A stretch of 64,000 nucleotides of DNA from Sulfurospirillaceae bacterium (lineage in GTDB: Bacteria; Campylobacterota; Campylobacteria; Campylobacterales; Sulfurospirillaceae): positions 128,001 through 192,000 of the forward strand of contig JAWVXD010000004.1 of NCBI GenBank assembly GCA_033723415.1. The letters are read 5' to 3'. Every line of letters starts with the position of its first letter. Position 1 is the first letter of the stretch. Shown piece after piece: positions 50,899 through 60,433 of this stretch. Position numbers and translations under genes: made by a program. The notes below the pieces were generated by a model, which did not search any database, had not been told where the DNA came from, and worked only from the letters and a program-made list of their open reading frames with translations.

Positions 50899-52188
50899 TC
50901 AAAGATGCAAATATGTAGATATCAAAAAGAGACAGAAAACATAAGCAACATACATCTTGAGCGTATAGCCGATATTGAGTTTAAAGATCCTAACTCCATC
51001 CAAATCGTATCTTGAGACCAAAGTGAGATTGACACCGCTAAACGGTGATGTGCAGACAGAAGTCGACCAAGCCATCAGTACCACAGCCGCCAAAAGCGTA
51101 TGATTGACATGACTTAGGATGCTACCGAGTGTTGCGATCGTGATGATCGGATGCACACCGATGAAAGATAGCACGATGAACATCGCAAGCAAACCGGACG
51201 CTGCGATCCAATCAAAATGCTCAAAAGGCAAAGCAACATGCACTCCTGCGAGTATCGAACCTGCAGACACCCCAAACATACCCGCTATCAAAAACAGTGA
51301 GATTTCGGATTTCATATTTGGCAACTCATGTAAGATATGGTTACTCAAAACATGAAGGGCTGAAGTCTCCCCTTTTTTTGCAAGCAAAACAAATAACACC
51401 AAGATAATAGAAAAAACAGGGATCAGGATGATGATCTTGATATGCGGGAAAAAGTGATTGGACACAAGCACCAAAACCGCTAAGGCAAACGGCAGATAAA
51501 GCGAATCATAAGACATCGGATAACCCAGAAATTTCTCGATCTCAAGCTTTGGATTTGTCACGATATCACGATAAGTTATCAAAAAACCCACGATAGCCAA
51601 GCCAAGTCCCGCAACCAAGATGATCGAAGTCTTTACATGAGGTGCATACGTGATCACAGCGGCAAATGCCACAAAAAACGGAGACCACAGCGCATCGGTT
51701 GCAAATGCTCTGGTCAAAAGAACGATCTGGGAGTTTGATAACGGCGATTTTTTATAGAGTTTATCACCCACCAGAATGATCGAAGACATATTGATGACCG
51801 AACCGAACAAATGAAGACTAAAGTAGGTCTTTAGAAATGATTGTTTACCCTGAGGAAGTTCGTTTGCAAAATCCTTTTTCGGGCTTGTGATCAATCTCAA
51901 AAAACCAACACCGATCAAAAGAGCCAAGAGGTACTGGTTCACGGTAAAAGCTCTGATGAAATCAATATAAAAGTGATTGTAATACGAGATTGAAAAATTA
52001 ATAACACTGAGTGCTAAAAAGATATTGAGCATCTTTTTCTTTTTCAGAGTCCCAAACATCATAACCAACGCTATCCACGCCATAATACCCGCTAAAATCA
52101 AATATTGCTGTCCTGCAAAATATGAAAAAATACTCAAAACAAAAGAAATAAATATAAATATTCCCGCTAATCGCAAGATCTTGTTCAT
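50899..52188 (-). CDS. Uncharacterised polytopic membrane protein (possible transporter)
   Basis: 429 aa with many hydrophobic segments; HLFGSVINMS and WSPFF. Confidence 0.6.
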   Translation of the reverse strand: MNKILRLAGIFIFISFVLSIFSYFAGQQYLILAGIMAWIALVMMFGTLKKKKMLNIFLALSVINFSISYYNHFYIDFIRAFTVNQYLLALLIGVGFLRLITSPKKDFANELPQGKQSFLKTYFSLHLFGSVINMSSIILVGDKLYKKSPLSNSQIVLLTRAFATDALWSPFFVAFAAVITYAPHVKTSIILVAGLGLAIVGFLITYRDIVTNPKLEIEKFLGYPMSYDSLYLPFALAVLVLVSNHFFPHIKIIILIPVFSIILVLFVLLAKKGETSALHVLSNHILHELPNMKSEISLFLIAGMFGVSAGSILAGVHVALPFEHFDWIAASGLLAMFIVLSFIGVHPIITIATLGSILSHVNHTLLAAVVLMAWSTSVCTSPFSGVNLTLVSRYDLDGVRIFKLNIGYTLKMYVAYVFCLFLISTYLHL

Positions 52189-52215
52189 TCTATAAAATCC
52201 TCAAATACTAAAATG

Positions 52216-52338
52216 TTATTTTAGTATATTTTCTTCAAAATGGTGTATGTTTATAACGATAAATTTATATGCCGCATAAATCAAAACAGGCCATGAGCAA
52301 AGCCACATGATACCTGAGATATGATCAACTGTCTGCAT
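52216..52338 (-). CDS. Small single-TM protein downstream of cydB (candidate cytochrome bd small subunit)
   Basis: MQTVDHISGIMWLCSWPVLIYAAYKFIVINIHHFEENILK (40 aa); AGGAG SD overlaps the cydB stop. Confidence 0.65.
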   Translation of the reverse strand: MQTVDHISGIMWLCSWPVLIYAAYKFIVINIHHFEENILK

Positions 52339-52346
52339 TGTTTCTC

Positions 52347-53471
52347 CTAATAGTGATGTGAATCAGCTTCAATCTCTGCTGAAGTGATCTTTTTTTTATC
52401 CATAGCTTTCCACACAAAATATATATAACCCAGTACAAACGGAACTCCCAAAGAGACATAGCTCATACTTGCAAGAGTGTAATGTGAGCTAGAACTATTT
52501 TGTATATTTAAAGAACTTTGCATATCAGCCAATGAGGGATAGATCGCCGTGGCGTTAAATCCCAACAGGCAAAGTAGACTTAAACTCACCATGACGACAC
52601 CTACTCCACTGTACCATATAGATTTTTTTGAACCTTTGAATATCGTTGCATATAAAGCAAACAGAACCGACAAAGTCCCGATCAAGAACAATGCTAACAA
52701 AATAGGGTTGGCTAGAAAATTCAATAAAAATTTATGGTGCTGGATAAAAAAACCATTTTTGCCATAAGAAAATCCATCTAGATTAAGCAACATGACGATC
52801 GTCACTACAAAAAAGCCTATAAAGAAAAGCGCATCATTTTTTAATTGTCGTATAGTATTTTTGACAATTGCTTCTTCATCAATATTATTCACAAAATACA
52901 TCGCAGCTTGAATACGAGCCAAAAATAAGAGCGTTAATCCCAAAGCTACATTGAACGGGTGTAAAACTCCCTCCAACCCATAAGCAGGTGATACCCAAGC
53001 AGATAAATTCATGTCTGTTCTTACAAAATTGCCTCCGGTAAAAAGCGTTCCAAGAGCTACCCCTATCAAGATAACTCCCAAGCTGCCGTTGATAAAAAGA
53101 AAGTATTCATAAGTTCTCTTACCTAGAAAATTATTTGGCTTGCTTCTGTATTCGTAACTCACAGCTTGGATGATAAAACAAAAGAGTATCGCCATCCAAA
53201 CATAATAAGCCCCTCCAAAACTGACAGAATAAAAAAGAGGAAAAGCAGCGAACAAAGCACCTCCAAACATCACTAAAGAAGTAAATGAAAGTTCCCATTT
53301 TCTCCCTAACGAAGCGATCAACACGTCTCTTTGTTTCTCATTCTTTCCGATTCTATACAAAAGTGTTTGTCCACCTTGCACAAAAGTAATAAAAACAAAA
53401 AGTGCTCCTATCAAAGAGACGAGAAACCACCAATACTCCTGCAGAGCCAATAGAGAAAGATTTTCAAACAT
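52347..53471 (-). CDS. cydB: Cytochrome bd ubiquinol oxidase subunit II
   Basis: LQEYWW, VQGGQ, GRKWE, GGALFAAFPLFY and SSSSHYTL; follows cydA. Confidence 0.92.
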   Translation of the reverse strand: MFENLSLLALQEYWWFLVSLIGALFVFITFVQGGQTLLYRIGKNEKQRDVLIASLGRKWELSFTSLVMFGGALFAAFPLFYSVSFGGAYYVWMAILFCFIIQAVSYEYRSKPNNFLGKRTYEYFLFINGSLGVILIGVALGTLFTGGNFVRTDMNLSAWVSPAYGLEGVLHPFNVALGLTLLFLARIQAAMYFVNNIDEEAIVKNTIRQLKNDALFFIGFFVVTIVMLLNLDGFSYGKNGFFIQHHKFLLNFLANPILLALFLIGTLSVLFALYATIFKGSKKSIWYSGVGVVMVSLSLLCLLGFNATAIYPSLADMQSSLNIQNSSSSHYTLASMSYVSLGVPFVLGYIYFVWKAMDKKKITSAEIEADSHHY

Positions 53472-54999
53472 GATGTTCTCCTTCAGGTCCGATTTTTATC
53501 TGTTTTAGCATTATCTTTATCTCCGCGATCATAAGAGCCGTAAAAACGAATGCAAACAAACCAAGCGTGATAGCAACAGATGTCGAATTTATATTTGACG
53601 AGGATATAAAAGTCGGCAGCATATCTTGAATCGCCCAGGGTTGTCTTCCAACCTCAGCGACGATCCAGCCGACCTCTCCGGCAAGATATCCAAGCGGTAT
53701 CGAAAATATTGCCGCAAAATACAAAGTCTTCTTATCATCTAGCTTTCCGATCATAGACAAATATAACACTATAAAGAACAATGCAACAAACCACGTGCCA
53801 AGTCCGACCATAATATGAAAACTGTAAAAAGTCAAACCTATAGGAGGGATGATGTCTTTTGGATTTTTCAAATAACCATATCCAAAAAATTTCTCATACT
53901 CCCTGAATTTTTTCAATGCCACAGTCGACTTTTGGATATCTCCAGTCTTCTTTGCTTGTTTATAATCCAGCAAAGCGCCTATAGCCTCCCTGCCTTTGTC
54001 TATCTTATTTTGTGCCGGTTCTATCCCTAGTTTTTTATTTCCCAGCACCAGATCATCGATGCCCGGGACAAATGAATCTATATTTCTAAAGCCCAAGAAA
54101 GAGAGCGCATAAGGGATCTTGATGGACCAGATAAACTCTTCTTGATCATCACCGATCTTTTTGTTACTGTTTAACTGACCTATAGCTATGATCCCGGCTC
54201 GTGATTCGCCCTTATACAAACCTTCCATAGCCGCTAGTTTTGTAGGCTGGCTTTGAGCTACTTGATATGCAGACTCATCACCCGTAAAGATCAAGAATAT
54301 CGAAGCGAGCAGACCGAATGAGGCGCCTACTATGATGCTTCTTTTTGCAAACAAAACATCTCTTTTCTTCAGCAAAAACCAGCAGCTGATACCGACGACA
54401 AAAAGCGAACCCATGACATAACCGCTTGCTATGGTGTGTAAAAATTTTGAGATGGCATTTGGGTTAAACAGTACATCAAAAAAGTTACGCATCTCAAATC
54501 TAGCACTGTCAAGATTAAATCGCATGCCTACAGGATGTTGCATCCAACCGTTTGCTACGAGTATCCACAAAGCTGAAAGATTGGATCCGATCGCTACCAG
54601 CCAAGTTGACAAGAGATGCATCTTTTTTGAGACTTTATCCCAGCCAAAGAACATGACTGCAAAAAATGTGGACTCCATAAAAAATGCCATGATCCCCTCG
54701 ATCGCAAGAGGTGCTCCAAAGATATCTCCCACAATCCAAGAGTAGTTTGACCAGTTGGTGCCAAATTCAAACTCCATGATGATTCCTGTCGCCAGTCCTA
54801 TAGCAAAATTTATCGCAAACAGCGTCATCCAAAACTTCGTTATTTTTTTCCAAGCTTCATCACCGGTTTTCACATAGATACTCTCCATGATGGCGATGAT
54901 AAAGGACAATCCAAGAGTCAATGGAACAAACAGCCAATGATACATAGCAGTTAATGCAAACTGAGCGCGTGATAATTCCACTAAAGTTCCATGATCCAT
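53464..54999 (-). CDS. cydA: Cytochrome bd ubiquinol oxidase subunit I
   Basis: SRAQFALTAMYHWLFVP, EFEFGTNW, KFLHT, QPTKLAAMEG, FHIMV and EVGRQPW. Confidence 0.96.
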   Translation of the reverse strand: MDHGTLVELSRAQFALTAMYHWLFVPLTLGLSFIIAIMESIYVKTGDEAWKKITKFWMTLFAINFAIGLATGIIMEFEFGTNWSNYSWIVGDIFGAPLAIEGIMAFFMESTFFAVMFFGWDKVSKKMHLLSTWLVAIGSNLSALWILVANGWMQHPVGMRFNLDSARFEMRNFFDVLFNPNAISKFLHTIASGYVMGSLFVVGISCWFLLKKRDVLFAKRSIIVGASFGLLASIFLIFTGDESAYQVAQSQPTKLAAMEGLYKGESRAGIIAIGQLNSNKKIGDDQEEFIWSIKIPYALSFLGFRNIDSFVPGIDDLVLGNKKLGIEPAQNKIDKGREAIGALLDYKQAKKTGDIQKSTVALKKFREYEKFFGYGYLKNPKDIIPPIGLTFYSFHIMVGLGTWFVALFFIVLYLSMIGKLDDKKTLYFAAIFSIPLGYLAGEVGWIVAEVGRQPWAIQDMLPTFISSSNINSTSVAITLGLFAFVFTALMIAEIKIMLKQIKIGPEGEHHV

Positions 55000-55010
55000 A
55001 CTCCGCTCCT

Positions 55011-55217
55011 TTATTTTGTAATATTTTCTATAACGTAATTTGCTCTATCATTATCATTTGAGAATTTTGTATATAAGATATTTGGGAAGAAGAATAATTT
55101 CAAAATTACAAAAATAATAAAAAGCTTTATCATGATAAGCACCCAAAGCTCTTTTCCTACTCTCATATTTTGAAATCCGTCAATATAAAAATGGGCAATT
55201 TTTCGAAAAATATTCAT
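55011..55217 (-). CDS. DUF4492-family small membrane protein preceding cydA
   Basis: FYIDGFQNMRVGKELW and KLFIIFVILKLFFFP. Confidence 0.8.
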   Translation of the reverse strand: MNIFRKIAHFYIDGFQNMRVGKELWVLIMIKLFIIFVILKLFFFPNILYTKFSNDNDRANYVIENITK

Positions 55218-55319
55218 ATTCCACCTCTATGATTTAGATTGTATAACATAATAATTTAAATAGCTGTTAAAATCATGATAATAAGGATATTACGTAAAAT
55301 CTTTAGTGGTCTCTATGGC

Positions 55320-56600
55320 TTATTTTTCAAACAACATTTTGGCGCGGATCATTTTGTACTTTTTGGACTGCATTTTTGCGATCTGCTCTTTTGTTAGAGG
55401 CGTCGCACCGACTAGGCGCATCGGCACTTTTAGTCTTAGTATCTCATTGTTTCCACGGTAAGGATCGGTTATGAGAGGATTGTCATGACAGCGCTCGCAA
55501 GATTTGGCGACTTTGCCTATAGTGTGCGGCGTATAGGGGATCCAAGCTTCTATCTTTCTGCCCTCTGTTTTACTCACATCATCCAAGATCATCGTCCCGT
55601 TTGCATCTCTATAACTGATACGGTATTGATACAGCGGCCGCAGGATCTTTATCTTGCCATCATCACTATTTCCAAGCACAAAATCTTCCCATCTTCTGTA
55701 TCGGTAGCCGCTATACCACACACCTTTTTTCAAACCGCCGCTCACCCAATCAGGCATCACTGGTTTGATCTTCTCTTTAGAGTTAAGGGCACGATGTAAA
55801 AAGTTGCTCAGATATTCATCTTCTTGCAGAGTCAGTTTTTTCCATTTTGCATAATCTGCCATGTCGTCTCGAAACACGGAAAGCTCGTATGAGCTGTTAT
55901 TCCAAGTTGCATGACACGAAACGCATGCAAGCTTTTTGTGATATGCTCTATGATTTTTGACACTCAAGGTTTTGTGACAATCCGTGCAGCTTATTTTCTT
56001 GCCTTCATGCATATCCGCACTCGTGTGACAACTCACGCAGGTCATGCCTTTTTGAAAATGCACATCCTGGCTTAGATGATGATAGTCGATGCCGTATTTT
56101 ACTTGCGGGAAATGTCCGTTTTTACTCAGCGGTGCACGATAACTCGCCTCTTCGTCTTTTGGGAAAAGCCCTTGAAAATCGCCGCCTACATAGTTTTTAT
56201 TGTGACAGCTCAGGCACTTATCCATAGCGATCTTACTCCTTTGGCATCTGCCGCTTGTTTGGTGTGGCTCATGACACGCAAGACAACTCAACCCTCGCTT
56301 GATTCCTGAGTCTTTGATATCGGTTTTGCTGTCTATATGGCACTTGAGACACTTTCGTCTCAAAAAATCATCGACCAGATCCTTTGGTTTTTTAACATCT
56401 TTTTTTGCTTGTGGCAGCGTTTGGTAAGTCACGTTGGAATCTTTCACACCCCAAGCCTCTCGTGTCATGTTGATCGCTTTACTGAGTGTGTAGTGGATAT
56501 TGTGTTTATAACCCAAGACCTCTTTTTTGTGGCACTGCACACAATTTTGCGCCATCAAAACAGAAGCGAAAAGCAAGGAGAGGATTATTTTTTGAAACAT
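55320..56600 (-). CDS. Periplasmic octaheme c-type cytochrome
   Basis: Signal peptide and 8 CxxCH (CVQCH, CLKCH, CLACH, CLSCH, CVSCH, CTDCH, CVSCH, CERCH). Confidence 0.88.
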   Translation of the reverse strand: MFQKIILSLLFASVLMAQNCVQCHKKEVLGYKHNIHYTLSKAINMTREAWGVKDSNVTYQTLPQAKKDVKKPKDLVDDFLRRKCLKCHIDSKTDIKDSGIKRGLSCLACHEPHQTSGRCQRSKIAMDKCLSCHNKNYVGGDFQGLFPKDEEASYRAPLSKNGHFPQVKYGIDYHHLSQDVHFQKGMTCVSCHTSADMHEGKKISCTDCHKTLSVKNHRAYHKKLACVSCHATWNNSSYELSVFRDDMADYAKWKKLTLQEDEYLSNFLHRALNSKEKIKPVMPDWVSGGLKKGVWYSGYRYRRWEDFVLGNSDDGKIKILRPLYQYRISYRDANGTMILDDVSKTEGRKIEAWIPYTPHTIGKVAKSCERCHDNPLITDPYRGNNEILRLKVPMRLVGATPLTKEQIAKMQSKKYKMIRAKMLFEK

Positions 56601-58348
56601 GACGTTTTCCCACTGTAAAAGAGCTTTTTCGATCGGTTGAAATCAACATAGATCGGATCGCTGTAAGTATCATGACAGATGATACACTTGTACGCACCTA
56701 TTATCTTATGAAGCTCTTTTTTGTTGAAACTTCGGGCATATTTTCTGGAGGTACTTTGAAATTGTTTGCCTTTGGCTGAGACGAAACTATCAAGCGGATA
56801 TGACACGGGTTGCCCGCTTTTAACGGAATCATAAAACGGCTGAAACTCGATGTGCCCTTTTTTGATATCCAGATTCCCTCGACCCAGTCCAAGGGATGCG
56901 GGTTTGAAGTGACAATCCACACACGTTCTACTCTTCTTTTGTGTAGTATGTGGATCCCAACCTGCCATCGCCAAAGAGTGAAAATGCTCTACTTTTTTAT
57001 TTTTAAACACCGTGCCGATCACTTGACAACCTGGAGCAAAAGGCATGATCTTTTTGTTATAACCAACCCCCAAAGAAGGCTCTTCAAACCTCAAAAAGCT
57101 GCGAAGCTCCTGCCACTGTCCCGGAGTCACTTTTTTGGCTACCCAATCAAACTGTTTGCCCTTATCAAAGTACACTTCATGACATCCATAACAACTCGGA
57201 GCCACGGGGGCATGACACGCACTGCAATCAAGTCGCTTGTGGATTGCAAGAGTATGGTAGGGTTTGTCGCTCATCATCGTGACGTCAAATCTTTTACCGT
57301 CTTTTTTACGGTACATCACAGCCTTGTCAAGTAGCTTTTGAACATGATAAAGTGGTGCGTGTTTTTTCAATGTATAAGCGATCGTTTTGGATTCCGGCAC
57401 GTGACCGTTTAGATCACTAAGCGTTTGAGCTAAAGAGTCTGATGGTGCAAAGTGCGGTTTATGGCAATCCTTGCATTTCACATCTTCGGCTTCTTCCATG
57501 TGAAAATGTTTGTGTCCATCTCCCATGACGCCGATTTCGCTGTGACAGTCGATGCAGCTCATCCCGGCTTTTGAGTGGTGGATGTCGGAGGGTAGATCGT
57601 AAAAAAATCTGCCGTCTTTCATCTTGTGTGTAAATTTTCCGTGTTTATAAGGCGTACCGTATCCTTCGCTTTCAAAGATACCAGTGTAGGCAAGTCCGAT
57701 TCGGTTTGATCGGTTATGGCACTTGGTACAATTTTGAATCGGGATGACTGAGCTAAATGTAGCGTGATGGTTGCCTTTGGTATCCGTTACTTTGTGGCAA
57801 TCCACACATCCACCGCCTCGCGCGATCTTTTGGTTTTGGAAGATTTTAGGATCTTGATTGACATGACAAGCCGCGCACAGTTTCCTAAAGTGACTCTCCG
57901 CCATCGAATCTGTGTTGATCTTACCTCTGATGTCTTGCACGCCGATCGTCGAGTTTAAGTCTTTGGATTCACCCCATTGGTATTTGAGAACATTTAAGAT
58001 GCCACTTTGTGAGTTCATCATGGAACCCGTGACACGCTTGATGATGTCGCTGTGGCATTTTCCGCAAAACAGCGGTGCATGATCTAAACTTGCGGGATTG
58101 AGTACGATGCCTTTATGCGCGTCTATCTTGTCGGTTGCAAATTTATTGCCTCCATGACACACTGCACAGCCAAATACTGCCTTGGGATGCGCATGATCGA
58201 TGTCGCTCATACCGGAGTGACAGCTGATGCATTGGTCTGGTCTTGTGATTTCGGACTTTGGTAGCGGCTTGTTTTGGAAGATCGATACCACCACAAACAC
58301 AAGTGATAGCACCACCGCTATAAAAAGAATATAAGTTTTTTTTACCAT
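56585..58348 (-). CDS. Membrane-anchored dodecaheme c-type cytochrome
   Basis: N-terminal TM from MVKK (ATG 58348); 12 CxxCH counted. Confidence 0.88.
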   Translation of the reverse strand: MVKKTYILFIAVVLSLVFVVVSIFQNKPLPKSEITRPDQCISCHSGMSDIDHAHPKAVFGCAVCHGGNKFATDKIDAHKGIVLNPASLDHAPLFCGKCHSDIIKRVTGSMMNSQSGILNVLKYQWGESKDLNSTIGVQDIRGKINTDSMAESHFRKLCAACHVNQDPKIFQNQKIARGGGCVDCHKVTDTKGNHHATFSSVIPIQNCTKCHNRSNRIGLAYTGIFESEGYGTPYKHGKFTHKMKDGRFFYDLPSDIHHSKAGMSCIDCHSEIGVMGDGHKHFHMEEAEDVKCKDCHKPHFAPSDSLAQTLSDLNGHVPESKTIAYTLKKHAPLYHVQKLLDKAVMYRKKDGKRFDVTMMSDKPYHTLAIHKRLDCSACHAPVAPSCYGCHEVYFDKGKQFDWVAKKVTPGQWQELRSFLRFEEPSLGVGYNKKIMPFAPGCQVIGTVFKNKKVEHFHSLAMAGWDPHTTQKKSRTCVDCHFKPASLGLGRGNLDIKKGHIEFQPFYDSVKSGQPVSYPLDSFVSAKGKQFQSTSRKYARSFNKKELHKIIGAYKCIICHDTYSDPIYVDFNRSKKLFYSGKTSCFKK

Positions 58349-58433
58349 ACGAAACTCATCACAATATCCCAAAACCCAAACGATAATAAGGGTGTTAATT
58401 TTTAGATAATTGTATCAAAATTCGCCTTAGCAA
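58342..58433 (-). pseudogene. Scar made of Rieske 3'-end-like and cytochrome b 3'-end-like sequence
   Basis: Hand alignment to about 63698-63738 and 62855-62914 (see findings). Confidence 0.6.
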
Positions 58434-58586
58434 GCGCCATATTTTCATGATACTCTAGGCGTCAAATCCATCGGTTTTGATATAAAATTTCTTACACGTC
58501 TTAAACAATAAATATTGCTGTACAATAGAATGATCTGCGATGCTACAACATTTCAGCTATTTAAAATTTAGAAACAGGAGTTCGAT

Positions 58587-58751
58587 ATGCAAAAAGGTTT
58601 AGCATTTATCATAGTTCTATTCGTGATACTCATGACGAGTGGTTGTTCGAAAACATGGGAAGGTATAAAACGAGATACGGCTAAAAATACCCAATGGAGC
58701 AAAGACAAGGTCAATCACGGAGCTAACTACGTAGAGAAAAAAACCGAGTAA
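58587..58751 (+). CDS. Small lipoprotein (entericidin EcnA/B-like)
   Basis: MQKGLAFIIVLFVILMTSGCSKTWEGIKRD...KKTE (54 aa); AGGAG SD; lipobox MTSG-C. Confidence 0.7.
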   Translation: MQKGLAFIIVLFVILMTSGCSKTWEGIKRDTAKNTQWSKDKVNHGANYVEKKTE

Positions 58752-58888
58752 TTCTAAGCTACAGTGGAATTTAAGTATATAAATTGGAAAAATTCCAAGA
58801 TACAATATCGGGTTTATGGGTTTACTTTATCATCAATCTTTGAGTAAGAAGTAAATCTTTGAGCCGTTAACTCCATGACTTTTTATTT

Positions 58889-60061
58889 TTATTTTCTTGT
58901 ATCTTTTCTAACAGATGTTAAAAACTGATAATAAAGATATCCTAGTGCAATCTTATTCAAAGTCATTACTGTATATGAATCATTAAAATTATCTACTTTA
59001 GAAATTAAATTTATAAATTTAAATATATTATTTACCGTAATATCACATCCTAAATATATATTTGTCAAGAAACTAACAATAAATATCAAGATTAAAGGCA
59101 ACCACCAATTGGTAGAATGATTAGAACTAATCCAATGTAGAAAAGAAACTATCCAAGTAGGAAACTTTTTTTCTTCCAAGAGGTTTTCTCTATTTTTACT
59201 GAGCTCTAATGAATGGTATTTATTAGCTTCTATTTTATTATTAATTTTTTCAAAACTATTTTTAAGAATTCGGTAGGTCTCTTGTGATGTTCCTTTTTTG
59301 TTAAGTTCAATATTATTAAAATTAGCTTCTTTGTAGAAAATAGAATCATCTAAATTTAGTCCCTCTTGAAAATGACATTTAGAAAAATTTACATATTCAT
59401 CAAAACTCACATCTTCAAAAACTACTTTTTCATTAAAAATAGACTTTTTAATGACAGTAATTCCTTTGAAATGAATTGTTTTGAAAGTGCTTTTATCTGT
59501 TGTCGAATTTTCTAATTTAAAATTTAAAAAATCACTATTTTGAATACTAATATTAATATTTGGTTGATTAAGAAGTTTTATATTTTGTATGTCTGAATTA
59601 TTTATATCTACACTATTGAGAAAAATGCCCAAATCAAATACTAACTCTTCACTAATAATTGAATCATTGATCTCTAATAATTTGATAGTATTCTTTTGAG
59701 TTTCATATCCAACAAAATAGTTTGTAAAGCCGTAATCAACAAAAAAAGTTCTGATATGATTAAATCTCAACTCATCAAAAGTACATTGAACAAATTCAAA
59801 TTTGTTGTTAAACAAATTTTTATATATTTCTGCAAAATAAAATAGTTCAAATTCACAATTATCAAAACATATAAACTTGCTATCACTTCTTCCTTTTAAA
59901 TCCTCTATAAATTCATCGATAAAGTTTTCATCAAAAATAATATTTTTAACTCTAATTCTTCTATCATTTTCTAAAATAAAATTTGATGTAGAAATTTCTT
60001 GATAATTATTCGTAAGAACAAATTGCTGAAAGTCATTTTTTATATCTTCATAATTTGTCAA
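58889..60061 (-). CDS. Pentapeptide-repeat-like protein with C-terminal membrane segment
   Basis: Phe-periodic repeats (FNEKVVFEDVSFDEYVNFSKCHFQEGLNLDDSIF); ETYRILK...EANKYHSLE; SSNHSTNWWLP then TM; very AT-rich. Confidence 0.65.
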   Translation of the reverse strand: MTNYEDIKNDFQQFVLTNNYQEISTSNFILENDRRIRVKNIIFDENFIDEFIEDLKGRSDSKFICFDNCEFELFYFAEIYKNLFNNKFEFVQCTFDELRFNHIRTFFVDYGFTNYFVGYETQKNTIKLLEINDSIISEELVFDLGIFLNSVDINNSDIQNIKLLNQPNINISIQNSDFLNFKLENSTTDKSTFKTIHFKGITVIKKSIFNEKVVFEDVSFDEYVNFSKCHFQEGLNLDDSIFYKEANFNNIELNKKGTSQETYRILKNSFEKINNKIEANKYHSLELSKNRENLLEEKKFPTWIVSFLHWISSNHSTNWWLPLILIFIVSFLTNIYLGCDITVNNIFKFINLISKVDNFNDSYTVMTLNKIALGYLYYQFLTSVRKDTRK

Positions 60062-60433
60062 TTATTATATTCCTTATATTATTATTTCGTTGGGAATTTG
60101 AATTTCTAAAATAAAAAAGAGGACAGGTAACTTTTCATCATGAACAAAAAGCAAACTGCTAACCCCATAATTATGATTTTTATATCTAATTAATACTTTA
60201 AATCTTTGAATTTCAACATTCTACACTTATTATCCTCCCTCAATTATAGTCCTCTACTACTTAGCATAGTATAAATATAAATCAAATATTTTTTTACGAG
60301 TTATAAAACATTTAAATAGTAACTCCCTTATCATATTCTTCCCCACTATTAAACCTTTATTAAAAAAAACTTTGTAAAATTGCAGCTGCTTTTCAAAATA
60401 TCCACAACTAGCTTGGGGAAACAAGGAAAAATA

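Noticed and set aside
60062..60260. Possible small gene upstream of the pentapeptide-repeat gene (GGAGG followed by GTG)
   Set aside because: The GTG is immediately followed by TAG and the remaining frames are short; at best an unidentifiable remnant.
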